This document shows, piece after piece, positions 17,219-26,617 of a stretch of 34,313 bases of DNA (within the stretch, counting starts at the first letter, position 1; each line of letters opens with the position of its first letter). The notes under the pieces are model-generated. The model was not told where the DNA came from, did no database searches, and worked only from the letters and a program-made list of their open reading frames with translations. The translations under genes and the position numbers were made by a program. The stretch lies in the IMG/VR virus record IMGVR_UViG_3300025035_000066, positions 1 to 34,313 of that record. One strand, given 5' to 3'. Origin of the DNA: a virus (taxonomy: Duplodnaviria > Caudoviricetes).

Positions 17219-17706
17219 TCCAACTTCAGGCGACAGAGGAAACCAAGGCCCATCACAGAGATTTCCTGGCTCTCTTGGCCCGGATTCAACAGCCATCAAC
17301 TATCGTGCGCAGGGATGTGGGCCGGGCTGTTCGCCGAGGGATCGCAGAAAACTTTGTCCGGGAGCGGGCTGGAGATGGGCCAGCCTGGGCACCTCTCGCC
17401 CCTCTGACCATCCGCACACGGATTCGGCGGGGCTTTGGGGCGGGGCCGAAGCTGTTTAACACGGGGCGGTTATTGCGCTCTTACACTGAGGAATTTGACC
17501 GGGACCATGACCAGCGCTTTCGGTCCACGGCCACGGGCTATGAGATGGAGTATGGCAGTACCGACTATCGGGCGGCGTGGCATGAGGGGGGAACCTCTCG
17601 GATGCCGGCTCGCCCGGTTTTGTTTTTGTCTAGCCGGTCCGAGACGGATCTGAGTTATAGCCTGGCGAATGTCCACACCCGCATCTTTGCCTCAGCAGGA
17701 TTTTAA
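17215..17706 (+). CDS. Phage virion morphogenesis protein (Mu gpG / P2 S-like)
   Basis: WAPLAPLTIRTR, LFNTGRLLRS, YGST..RAAWHEGGTSRMPARPVL motifs. Confidence 0.8.
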   Translation: MIQLQATEETKAHHRDFLALLARIQQPSTIVRRDVGRAVRRGIAENFVRERAGDGPAWAPLAPLTIRTRIRRGFGAGPKLFNTGRLLRSYTEEFDRDHDQRFRSTATGYEMEYGSTDYRAAWHEGGTSRMPARPVLFLSSRSETDLSYSLANVHTRIFASAGF

Positions 17707-17726
17707 GAATCTGAGAGTCTAGAATT

Positions 17727-19955
17727 ATGAGTAGGGAATTTCACTACAGGGTCACAGTCGATACCGAGCAGATCCGCGGCGCTGCCGTGGTGATGCGCCG
17801 CGCCTTTGAGCAAGAAATGGGGCGCATGAATATCACGCCCGGCGCGGCGGGTGGCTCGTCGGTAACACAGTCCGTGTCACGTGCCGTCGCCGGTGGTAAA
17901 AGTGGCGGGGGCATCCTCGATAGTCTCCGGGGCATGGGAGGGTTGGGTAACCTGGTGGCGGGTGGTGTGGCCGGGTACATGGGGATCGCCGGGGCCAAAC
18001 AGTTACTCGCCGGGGCCAATGAGTTGGCCAGCTACTCAACCGAGCTTCGCCGGACCTCGACCGCCTTTGAGCTTTTGTCCGGCTCTTCCGACAACGCCGC
18101 CGCCAAGCTCATGGCGGTGCAACGGGCGTCCGGGGGATCGATAGATAAGCTCTCGGCGATGACAATTTCTAACCGTGCCGCTGCCCTGGGCATGGCAGAC
18201 ACGGCCAAGGAATTGGAGCGGGTCACAAAGTTTGCCACGATCTCAGGCCGGGTGCTGGGGCTGGACACGACCGCCGCCCTTGACAACATGGCCTTGGCCG
18301 CGTCTAATTTGTCCTTTGCCCGGCTGGACCAGTTGGGTCTATCGTCGTCCATGGTGCGGAAGCGATTCCAGGAGCTCCGCGGCACGATGTCCGACAATAA
18401 GGCTTTCCTGGAAGCCATGCTCGTCACAGGGGAAGAAACGTTCTCTTCTCTCAACACCGGTGCGCTCTTGGCTGCTTCCGGCCAGGAACGATTTAGCAAG
18501 GCACTGACCGAGAGCAAAGAAAGGCTCTCCTTCCTCGGGGAGGCGTGGGATAAGTTCCTGCTGACCGTGGCCAGAGACTGGATGGGCGACCGTACCGTAG
18601 ACGAACAGATCGCCCGATTCCAGGACCGGATAGACGAGATCCGAACCGCAAACCCGGCCCGCCAAGCCCTGAGCGACCCGGCTTTTAACGACATTCCCAA
18701 CATCGGCCTGGCCCGGGCGGATATTATGGGCTTCAAAGAGGCTATGACCTTTGGCGTTGAGATTGGCCAGATTGAAAAGGTGATCGCCAGCTTCAAGGGC
18801 ATGAGTGACGCCGTGTTGGATGGGGTGCCGGGCATTCAGGCCAACCGGGACGAAATGATCTCCTTGGGAGAAGCGGCCATGTTGGGGCCGCTCTCTGACG
18901 AACAGTTAGCCCGCCTGAAGGTGTTGACGGAGTGGTGGGGCCGGGCCGCTTACCAAATAGGCACGGCTGGGGCCAATATGCTACAGGTTGCATCGATGCC
19001 GTCTGTAGTGTCCAGGGTTTTCGATGGGACCGTTTTTACCTCAACCGGTGGAGCCAACTGGATCAACCGGGGGCCAATGGTAGGCCCACAGGAGCAGCCG
19101 TCAGGGTGGACAAAGCCGGGGACCGTCCCACCGACAGGGGCATGGTCCGTTGATGGGATACAGGACGCCTTGGCAGATGGAGCTTCTGAACGCAAGGCCC
19201 TTGACAAGAGAGCGGCTGAGGATGCCAAGAATGCTTGGATCTCTGCCGGCAAGGACACGGCCAGCGCCTGGAAGTCTGCTATCTCTGGCATCCCTGGCCT
19301 ACCCGGAACGGGGCGATCCTCCGTGACTCAGGGGGATATGGACGCCGCGGCTGCGGGTGCATCGATGCGCTACGCCGATAGCTTTATCCGAGAGGCGCAA
19401 GATGAGCTCTTGAATGGGGTGGACCGGCCCAACATTGACCGGGACTTTATTGAGAAGCTGACGCAGACTTCCGGCCTCTCCAACGAACAACTGTTCGCCC
19501 AACTTGATAAGCAGTACCAGAGCGGTCAACTTTTCGCCAACCCATTTGCTCAGGAAAACGTTGACAAAATCATCGACTTTGACGCCGTGGGCAAGGGCTT
19601 GCAGGACCAGAAGGACGCCACGACCGGCCTCGATTTCGTTGAGAAGGAAATGGCCAAGCGCTTTGGGGGCATGGACTTCTCCAGCATGGGCCAGACGTTG
19701 GCATCCGGGGTCTCCGATGTGATCTCCGATGGGACCGTGGACTTTGCCGGCGCAGCCACCAGCGCCATTGGGGGCCAGTTTGCCAGCAAAGCGAGCATGG
19801 CCGCTTTCTACGACATGGGCGTCGATTCCAGCAACATGATGTGGCTGGGGTTCAGCGGGGATAACGGGATCGGGGCGAACGGCTATGCCGCTGCCTTTGC
19901 TGCCGTGATTAAAGACGACATCAAGGCTTATATCGACGCAAGGCTGGGGGTGTAA
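17727..19955 (+). CDS. Tape measure protein
   Basis: 742 aa, Ala/Gly-rich, helical (RLDQLGL); downstream of the frameshifted chaperone. Confidence 0.85.
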   Translation: MSREFHYRVTVDTEQIRGAAVVMRRAFEQEMGRMNITPGAAGGSSVTQSVSRAVAGGKSGGGILDSLRGMGGLGNLVAGGVAGYMGIAGAKQLLAGANELASYSTELRRTSTAFELLSGSSDNAAAKLMAVQRASGGSIDKLSAMTISNRAAALGMADTAKELERVTKFATISGRVLGLDTTAALDNMALAASNLSFARLDQLGLSSSMVRKRFQELRGTMSDNKAFLEAMLVTGEETFSSLNTGALLAASGQERFSKALTESKERLSFLGEAWDKFLLTVARDWMGDRTVDEQIARFQDRIDEIRTANPARQALSDPAFNDIPNIGLARADIMGFKEAMTFGVEIGQIEKVIASFKGMSDAVLDGVPGIQANRDEMISLGEAAMLGPLSDEQLARLKVLTEWWGRAAYQIGTAGANMLQVASMPSVVSRVFDGTVFTSTGGANWINRGPMVGPQEQPSGWTKPGTVPPTGAWSVDGIQDALADGASERKALDKRAAEDAKNAWISAGKDTASAWKSAISGIPGLPGTGRSSVTQGDMDAAAAGASMRYADSFIREAQDELLNGVDRPNIDRDFIEKLTQTSGLSNEQLFAQLDKQYQSGQLFANPFAQENVDKIIDFDAVGKGLQDQKDATTGLDFVEKEMAKRFGGMDFSSMGQTLASGVSDVISDGTVDFAGAATSAIGGQFASKASMAAFYDMGVDSSNMMWLGFSGDNGIGANGYAAAFAAVIKDDIKAYIDARLGV

Positions 19956-19956
19956 A

Positions 19957-20331
19957 GTGCCGGTTCCGACGATCAACTCAGTACCCATCCCCACCAGCAT
20001 GGCCTATGAAGGGGTCTTCGACTTTCAGCCCCAATCCATCGGGACCAAGAACGGAGAGGGGGACGCCGTTCTTGCCGGTCCCCAGCGGGCGTTTTGGCAC
20101 TTTGATGTACTGACGCCGGACGAATGGACCTGGTGGACCACGACAATCATGGGGGGCACTCGCAAGGCCTCGATTGACATCACCTCGGCCATTCTGTGGG
20201 ATGACGTGATGGGATGGCTGACCTTTACCGATGGCAAGCTGTACATGCCGACGAAAAAGGCATACACAGCCGGGCAGTTTTGGGACATCACCATTGAATT
20301 TGGACACTTGTTGCCGTTGGTTCTGAGTTAA
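19957..20331 (+). CDS. Distal tail-like protein
   Basis: 124 aa immediately after the TMP; beta-rich, ends WDITIEF. Confidence 0.55.
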   Translation: MPVPTINSVPIPTSMAYEGVFDFQPQSIGTKNGEGDAVLAGPQRAFWHFDVLTPDEWTWWTTTIMGGTRKASIDITSAILWDDVMGWLTFTDGKLYMPTKKAYTAGQFWDITIEFGHLLPLVLS

Positions 20332-20345
20332 GGGGATTTATAACC

Positions 20346-21407
20346 ATGTCTGATTTTGTACCTATCTTTGTGGATGGATTTGACATCAACTTTGCGGACG
20401 GCAGCGCGGGGCTGTGGGACTCAGCCGTGGGGGGTGGGGATCTACTTTACACAAACACCAGAACCAGGTCGGGGTTTGGGGCTTTGGAGATCCAAGGTAA
20501 TCGGTTCGCTAGGACGGAATTGACCAGAGCTTTCCCCTCGGCCACTGAGATGTATTTTGGCTTCTCACTGGATCTGAACTCGGACACGGCCATCAACCCA
20601 TACAACGGGGACGACTTGATATTTTTGAGGCTGTACGATTCGTCTGGCGGTGTGCAGATGGCTTTTGGCATCAACAAAACGACCCATACTCTGCGCGTCT
20701 TCAGGGGCATGGGCACCCTACTGGACGCATCGAGCGGGGCTTATCCTGAAGACGCCAGCGGGTACTTGGAGATTCACGTAGTGGTGTCTGACACCGTGGG
20801 GGTCATACAGGTAAAGCTGAACGGCGCTTTGGTGGTAGATTACTCAGGTGACACCAAGGACACGTCAGTGGCGAACATTGCCACGATTGGCATCGCCAAC
20901 CAAAATACGGGAACTCTGTACTATTGTACTGCCCACTTCCACGTTGACGATTTCGTGATGGGGACCACGGACTGGCCGGGCCAGCCCGTGGTCATCCCTG
21001 TCTTTCCCGACGCGGACGGGACTCACTCGGACTGGACAAGTACGGACGGGGACCAGCACAGCGCCATCGATGAGCTGGGGACATACGGTAACGCCCCGGA
21101 TACGGCCACGAAGTTGACCGGCGCAGTCGTGGCCGAAAGTTCTAGCGTAGGGCTGTCGGCAGTGGGCCGAAGTGGAGAGGTGTTGGGTTTCCAGCTTGCC
21201 ACCTACATGCAGAAAAGCGATACGGGCGCAGCATCGGCTGAGGAGTTTTTGCGAATCGGTGGAACGGAATACAACATAGCCACCCTGTCGCCAGGGGCCG
21301 CATGGGGCTGGTTGATTGAGGCCGTTGCGACAAGCCCTGACACGGCCGAAAAGTTCACTGTGACCGAGATTGACAGCATGGAGATTGGTTGGACTAAAGC
21401 AACATGA
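20346..21407 (+). CDS. Minor tail protein with lectin-like beta-sandwich domains
   Basis: FVDGFD start, YLEIHV...QVKLNGALVV, HVDDF, PDADG...W, IDSMEIG motifs. Confidence 0.6.
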   Translation: MSDFVPIFVDGFDINFADGSAGLWDSAVGGGDLLYTNTRTRSGFGALEIQGNRFARTELTRAFPSATEMYFGFSLDLNSDTAINPYNGDDLIFLRLYDSSGGVQMAFGINKTTHTLRVFRGMGTLLDASSGAYPEDASGYLEIHVVVSDTVGVIQVKLNGALVVDYSGDTKDTSVANIATIGIANQNTGTLYYCTAHFHVDDFVMGTTDWPGQPVVIPVFPDADGTHSDWTSTDGDQHSAIDELGTYGNAPDTATKLTGAVVAESSSVGLSAVGRSGEVLGFQLATYMQKSDTGAASAEEFLRIGGTEYNIATLSPGAAWGWLIEAVATSPDTAEKFTVTEIDSMEIGWTKAT

Positions 21408-24400
21408 CCAGTGTCAGCGTAGCCTCAGTAATGGGATATGCAGCCGTAGCCGAGCAGTCGAGCGTTGAAATTGCCTCGGTCATCGGCTATGTCGCCGTGG
21501 GCGCGGTGACGAGCGTCGAGGTTGCTTCAGTCGTCGGATACGTGGCCATGATTGAGGCAATTCCCACGGGTGGGGCCCATGTCTCTTCCGGGGTTGTGGG
21601 GGCAGGGGGAGGGCCATCCAGCAAACGGCCCACGCCTTCAGACATCCAACCCCCTGCCCCACTGACCAGCCAACACGCTCCCGATGGCCGGGCCGGGTAC
21701 TCCAAGATGAGGATCTTTGTCGGTCCTCCCTGGCGTAAATCTGATGAGTCGGATTTTTGGGACTTCTCTTCGTTGGCTCTTACTGCCTACGCGCCTCACG
21801 CCGGGACAACGGTCGCCGCCAACGTAGGGGCAAGTGACACGTCCCTGACCGTGACAGATGCCACCGGCTGGCCGACTGCCGGGTCGGTATGGCTGGGGCC
21901 AGGGGCAAGCGGGCAGAGTTGGGGGCTGGCCAGCTACACCGGGCGCACGGGCAACCTGCTCACCGGGCTTGTCCGGGACGCGGTGGACGCAGAGTACAAT
22001 GGCCTCCACACAGCCGGGGCGGTGGCCGCTTTCTGGTATCCGCTTACGGAAAACGATGGCTCCCTGGGCTTCCGGGAATACTCAGACGCTGATCAATCGG
22101 CCATCACATGGGATCTGAGTCTCGCTGGCGTCAATGCGCCCGTGGGCATACTCCGATCCGGGGCGCTGGTGCTGGTGCAAACCCGCGAGATAAGCGGAGG
22201 GGCTTGGGGATCATGGACCAATTGGGCAATCGGCTGGCTGGCCGGGTCAAATCCCCAGGATGACGAGAACCGGGTGGGCCAGTGGTCGGCCACCGTGGGC
22301 ACCCTATCCGATGTTCCCTTGTCGGCCAGCGTGACCGGCCTGCACGTTGGGGAGAGGGATGTAGCCGACGAAGCGGGAACCAGCGCATCCGGTAGCCTCT
22401 CGCCGGTCTACAAGGCGATTGGCAACGGGTCCGGGGAGATCATCAGCGAGAATGAGACCGTCACACCCGGCCAGGCCATCGATGGGGCGCTGGCCACGGC
22501 CTGGGTCTCCGACCGCTACTATGGGGAGGATAACCCGCACCATACGCCGGGCACGGAGACCCTGGACGGCATCCGGGAGACGCATGGGGTCACACAGGCC
22601 CACCTCACCCGCTACACCGGCCAGAGCGATGGGTACAGGTGGATTGAGATCACCTTCTTCCAGGACTTCAACGCCTCGGATTGGCTGATCGCCGGGGTGG
22701 ATTGGATGGTCCCCTTTGAGAATGATGATTCGCTCGACTACTCAGCCGGGCAGCGGGTGATCCTGGCAGAGAACCCGGAACTATTTCAGGCCGAGAATCC
22801 AGAGAACGAGGCCGACGCCGTTCTCGACCTGGCTGATTACTTGTTGTGGAATATGTACAATCAGAAATACACCGTGGAGAACGATGCAACCGGGGGCACA
22901 TTCACGCTCACCGTGGACAGCCAGGCCACCGGGGCCATTGCCTACAACGCCACAGCCGCTACGGTTCAGGCCGCCCTCGTGGGCCTGTCCAGCGTAGGGG
23001 CCGACAGCGCCATTGTGACCGGATCTGCCGGCGCGCTGGTGGTCACGTTCTGCAATGGCCTGGGGTCCGGCGACGGGCCAGGCCTGTCCGGGGATGGGGG
23101 CAGCCTGACCGGGGGCACCCTGACCGTCACGCAGACCCAGGCCGGGGGCTTCCCCTTCGCCACATCCAGCGATGGGACGGCCATCTTTGATCACCTCGAT
23201 CCGGCTCAGGGAGTGATCCGGCTGTATTGGGGCGTCTCAGGCCAGGGGCAAAGCATCTTGGCGTGGGGCGGAGGTGATCCGATCACCCGATGGGGTACGT
23301 TCTGGACCGGGGACGCTCTGCCCGTCCTGGGCACGGCGCAGACCGCCCGCATGAAATTCAACCCGACCACGCCCACGGCCACGGCTGACTTTTGGGAGGT
23401 GGGCCGGGTTGCCACGCCGGGCTATAACATTCTGGCCGCAGACAAGGCTTGGATCTTGCTCGACCTGCCCTCGATGGGGCTGAAGCTGGCAGAGGACATC
23501 ACGGACACCGTGCCGGGCATCGGGGACGAGTTGAGCATAGAGAACGTGGCCGGGGCCAGCGTCGAGGGGCTTCCGGCTTCCGGGCCTTTGCAGGTGGGCG
23601 ACGAACAGATCACTTACTCGGCCAGGGACACCGTGGCCGGGTCGGTCACGGTGTCGGCGAGAGGGGCAAACGGCACAACGCCGGTCGCCCACGACGCCGG
23701 GGATCCGGTCTACTTTGTGGACGGCGCAGGGGTGGCCACGGACGCCTACCCCATCGACACGATCCGGGTGCGCCGCCCTGCTGGGCTTGCCGTGCCAGAA
23801 GACTTTGTGATCCGGGGGTCCGCCCTCTCTTCGGCCAGAGACCCAAACCAGACCAACTACACGACCGACTATGTGACCCTGGCCACCGTGACCGGGAATG
23901 TCCTTGAATCCTACAGTTTGGATTTATCCGGGGCACCGCCCCGCATCCGTTACCTGCTGGTGGAAGTGACGGCTATGTCTGATGGACCGTCACGGGTGTG
24001 GGTGAACGAGTTGGACGCCGTGGTCGATCCTGACGTGTTGACGCCGGGGGCAAACCTGGCCAGTGGGACCGTGGCTGACGCCATCGCCGCCTTGCTTGCC
24101 CAGGCGGGCTTACCTGCCGGGTGTTTGGTGGACGCCGGGGACACCATCAGCCTGTCCAACTACACGACAGCCGGGGGGTCTTTGTGGCCCATCCTCTCGG
24201 ACCTGGCCAACTTCTCCGGGACTCGTATCCGAGTGGGCCGGGATAGCAAGCTCTATGTCCGCAAAGATCCGTTCTGGACCGGGACGCCCACGCCGGACGG
24301 GGAATGGTCTCGCACGGAGGTGCGCCACGTCTCGCCGTCCAGGGCGGTCAACCAGAAGGTGGGGCAAATCTCGTTGACCTGGCGCAGCGCAGATGACCCA

Positions 24401-24730
24401 GGGGAGAGTACGGTCAATCAGCCATCGACCCGGGCGCGCACGGGGGATGTGGTGAGCGTGGGGCCGTACATCTTCGCCGATGAGACCGCCGCCACGGTCG
24501 CCGCTCTCAAACGGTACTGGCAGGCCCGGCGTCCTTACACCACGCTCATGGAGTTGGCCTTCCCTGGCCAGGCCCTGGAAGTGGGACAGGTGTATGAGGT
24601 GACATGGGCCTTTACCGGGCGCACGGAGGTTCGTACCTACTCCCTGGCCACGTTAAATCTCGACTTTCGCAAATCCTCTTGGCAGACGGTTGTGGCCGGT
24701 GTCCAGATCGATCGGGAGGACGAACGCTAA
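21404..24730 (+). CDS. Large multidomain tail tip / baseplate hub protein
   Basis: 1108 aa; discoidin-like motifs, repeated beta domains, hub-like C-terminus (LWPILSDLANFSG.RIRVGRDSKLYV). Confidence 0.7.
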   Translation: MTSVSVASVMGYAAVAEQSSVEIASVIGYVAVGAVTSVEVASVVGYVAMIEAIPTGGAHVSSGVVGAGGGPSSKRPTPSDIQPPAPLTSQHAPDGRAGYSKMRIFVGPPWRKSDESDFWDFSSLALTAYAPHAGTTVAANVGASDTSLTVTDATGWPTAGSVWLGPGASGQSWGLASYTGRTGNLLTGLVRDAVDAEYNGLHTAGAVAAFWYPLTENDGSLGFREYSDADQSAITWDLSLAGVNAPVGILRSGALVLVQTREISGGAWGSWTNWAIGWLAGSNPQDDENRVGQWSATVGTLSDVPLSASVTGLHVGERDVADEAGTSASGSLSPVYKAIGNGSGEIISENETVTPGQAIDGALATAWVSDRYYGEDNPHHTPGTETLDGIRETHGVTQAHLTRYTGQSDGYRWIEITFFQDFNASDWLIAGVDWMVPFENDDSLDYSAGQRVILAENPELFQAENPENEADAVLDLADYLLWNMYNQKYTVENDATGGTFTLTVDSQATGAIAYNATAATVQAALVGLSSVGADSAIVTGSAGALVVTFCNGLGSGDGPGLSGDGGSLTGGTLTVTQTQAGGFPFATSSDGTAIFDHLDPAQGVIRLYWGVSGQGQSILAWGGGDPITRWGTFWTGDALPVLGTAQTARMKFNPTTPTATADFWEVGRVATPGYNILAADKAWILLDLPSMGLKLAEDITDTVPGIGDELSIENVAGASVEGLPASGPLQVGDEQITYSARDTVAGSVTVSARGANGTTPVAHDAGDPVYFVDGAGVATDAYPIDTIRVRRPAGLAVPEDFVIRGSALSSARDPNQTNYTTDYVTLATVTGNVLESYSLDLSGAPPRIRYLLVEVTAMSDGPSRVWVNELDAVVDPDVLTPGANLASGTVADAIAALLAQAGLPAGCLVDAGDTISLSNYTTAGGSLWPILSDLANFSGTRIRVGRDSKLYVRKDPFWTGTPTPDGEWSRTEVRHVSPSRAVNQKVGQISLTWRSADDPGESTVNQPSTRARTGDVVSVGPYIFADETAATVAALKRYWQARRPYTTLMELAFPGQALEVGQVYEVTWAFTGRTEVRTYSLATLNLDFRKSSWQTVVAGVQIDREDER

Positions 24731-25218
24731 TGGCCAGCCGACTTTACTACGAGGCGCTGAATCAGCAATCCACCGAGGGGCTGGGGGATTCCCTGCTCCG
24801 GGCCTTTGAGGGCAAAAAGCGAAAACACATGGGCGTCTACCTGGGGCGCAATCAGATCCAGGTGAATGGCCAGCGTTACCGGTTCCGCAATGAGAGCGGG
24901 CTGGATGTGGCCGAGGGGGAAGCTCTGGCGGTGGTGAACGTGGGACGACTCGCCGCGGCTGAGTATGCGCCGGCGAGTGGGGCCGGGTCCGTGGCAACCG
25001 GGGGAGGATCGTCCGGGGGAAGCTCTACCAGTCTGGCCGATCACAACCATTCCGGGGCGGCGGGGAGCGGTGGGGCATTGGCCGGGTATGCGCCCGTTAT
25101 CCATACCCACGTCGAGGCAGGCATCACAGATCTAGACCACACCCAGGCCCTGGGGTGGATTGTCTGCACCAATGACGCAATCGTGATCAACGCAGGGGAG
25201 GTAGTATGGCAGCGTTAA
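24730..25218 (+). CDS. Tail fibre/spike-like protein
   Basis: ATG 24730 overlaps the TAA; Gly/Ser linker then HxH motifs (DHNHSG, IHTHVEAGITDLDH). Confidence 0.55.
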   Translation: MASRLYYEALNQQSTEGLGDSLLRAFEGKKRKHMGVYLGRNQIQVNGQRYRFRNESGLDVAEGEALAVVNVGRLAAAEYAPASGAGSVATGGGSSGGSSTSLADHNHSGAAGSGGALAGYAPVIHTHVEAGITDLDHTQALGWIVCTNDAIVINAGEVVWQR

Positions 25219-25595
25219 ACCAAAACGCCATTTCGTTACTGGCGACTGTGACCGGGATCGACGCCAAGACCGTGGCCGCCACCACGCTCTATACTGTGCC
25301 GGTCGGCAAGTCTTTGATCGTGGATCATTTGGTGATCCGAGTGACGGTTTTCACGGTGGGAGCTAAGTCGGTTCAGGCTGTGGCCTCCTTCGGCGGCAAC
25401 TCTGCCACCTGGGACGACTATCTCGACACCATCGCCTATACCGTGGCGGCAGCAGATGTGGCGATTCAGGATAGTGTGGAAGATGCCGCATTCCCCGTCT
25501 ATGCGGATGGGGATCTGTTCAAATTGAGCGTTGAAACCGGCAGCGATGCCACCGCGGAGACGTGGGCGGTTGACCTATTCGGATACCTGATTTGA
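25206..25595 (+). CDS. Small structural beta-sandwich protein
   Basis: TTLYTVPVGKSLIV motif; GGGAGG RBS. Confidence 0.55.
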   Translation: MAALNQNAISLLATVTGIDAKTVAATTLYTVPVGKSLIVDHLVIRVTVFTVGAKSVQAVASFGGNSATWDDYLDTIAYTVAAADVAIQDSVEDAAFPVYADGDLFKLSVETGSDATAETWAVDLFGYLI

Positions 25596-25627
25596 TTTCT
25601 AATCACAAGAAAGCAGAGGAAAAGACT

Positions 25628-25918
25628 ATGGAAGACGTAAAGAAACCGGGCCTGACGCTCTCGCTGGCGTTTGCGGTCCTCATGTGGGTCGTGGACTTTG
25701 TGGACAAACGCTGGCTGCACTTTCAGTTTGCCGAGTGGTTCCCGTCCTTCCTGGCCAGCCTTCAGGTGTTGGCCGGCGTGGTGGGGCTGGTGGTCGCGGC
25801 CCTGGCCTCCGCTTGGGTTTCGTTTATGGGGGAAGCCGCCAAGCAACAGCAGACCAACCCGAACACTCGCGGGGCTGAACCGGTAAAGCGCAAATCGTTC
25901 TGGCGTTACGCCCTGTAG
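25628..25918 (+). CDS. Membrane protein A, holin-like (2 TM)
   Basis: ATG 25628 after GAGGA; two hydrophobic segments and a basic C-terminus. Confidence 0.6.
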   Translation: MEDVKKPGLTLSLAFAVLMWVVDFVDKRWLHFQFAEWFPSFLASLQVLAGVVGLVVAALASAWVSFMGEAAKQQQTNPNTRGAEPVKRKSFWRYAL

Positions 25919-25931
25919 AGGCCCCAAAAAA

Positions 25932-26231
25932 ATGAGAATTAAGACACAGGGAACAGTCTGGACAGTTCTGTTGTCCGCGGCGATGCTCATCGGCCAGTGG
26001 CTGGACGATACCTACTTCCACACCGGGATACGGGAATGGTTGCCGAAGTTCCTGAACAGTGCGCAGATGATCCTTGGGCTGGGTGCAGCGGCCGTTGGTC
26101 TAGCCTACACGATCTATATGGAGACCTTGGCAAAGCAGGCGCACAATTTTGGCCCAGACCACCTCCCCGACACGCGCTCAGTCAACTGGACGAGAGAGCC
26201 GGAAAAATCCCTACTGCGAAGGATTCTATGA
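25932..26231 (+). CDS. Membrane protein B, holin-like (2 TM), paralogue of A
   Basis: Shares EW.P.FL.S.Q...G and C-terminal TR...KS..R..L with protein A. Confidence 0.6.
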   Translation: MRIKTQGTVWTVLLSAAMLIGQWLDDTYFHTGIREWLPKFLNSAQMILGLGAAAVGLAYTIYMETLAKQAHNFGPDHLPDTRSVNWTREPEKSLLRRIL

Positions 26232-26617
26232 CCGTGAAAATTCTAATCGTGGAGGACGACGAGGGGCAGGCCCATCTTTACCGCAAAGCGTTGGAAAGGA
26301 TGTCTCTTGTCGAAGCGGTAAAATCCTGTCATTCTGGCCGTGAGGCGTTGGAGGTGGACTGGACAAACTACGATGTGGTGGTCGTGGATCTGTTCATGCC
26401 GGGCATGTCGGGCGACCAGGTGATCGCCCATGCCTATGAGAAGTGGGGCGAACTTTTGCCGCCCGTCCTCATTTTTACGGCCAGTCCAATGGTGCTGATT
26501 GATAAGATCTCGCTACCTATGCCACCCACCCCGATCTATCAGAAGATCGGGGGCCCGGAAAGTATCCTCCACATTTTAAGATCGGCTGTTCATGAAGCTT
26601 TTAATCGTCGCGCCTAA
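26228..26617 (+). CDS. Stand-alone response regulator receiver (CheY-like)
   Basis: ATGA overlap; KILIVEDD, phosphoacceptor D54 (VVDLFMPGMSG), T84, K106. Confidence 0.9.
   Translation: MTVKILIVEDDEGQAHLYRKALERMSLVEAVKSCHSGREALEVDWTNYDVVVVDLFMPGMSGDQVIAHAYEKWGELLPPVLIFTASPMVLIDKISLPMPPTPIYQKIGGPESILHILRSAVHEAFNRRA

Noticed and set aside
24604-24729. Upstream extension of ORF 24604..25218
   Set aside because: Overlaps the tail tip gene; coupled ATG 24730 with GGGAGGA RBS is a better start.
25997-26227. N-terminal extension of the receiver protein
   Set aside because: Overlaps membrane protein B in another frame; the REC fold begins at ATG 26228.
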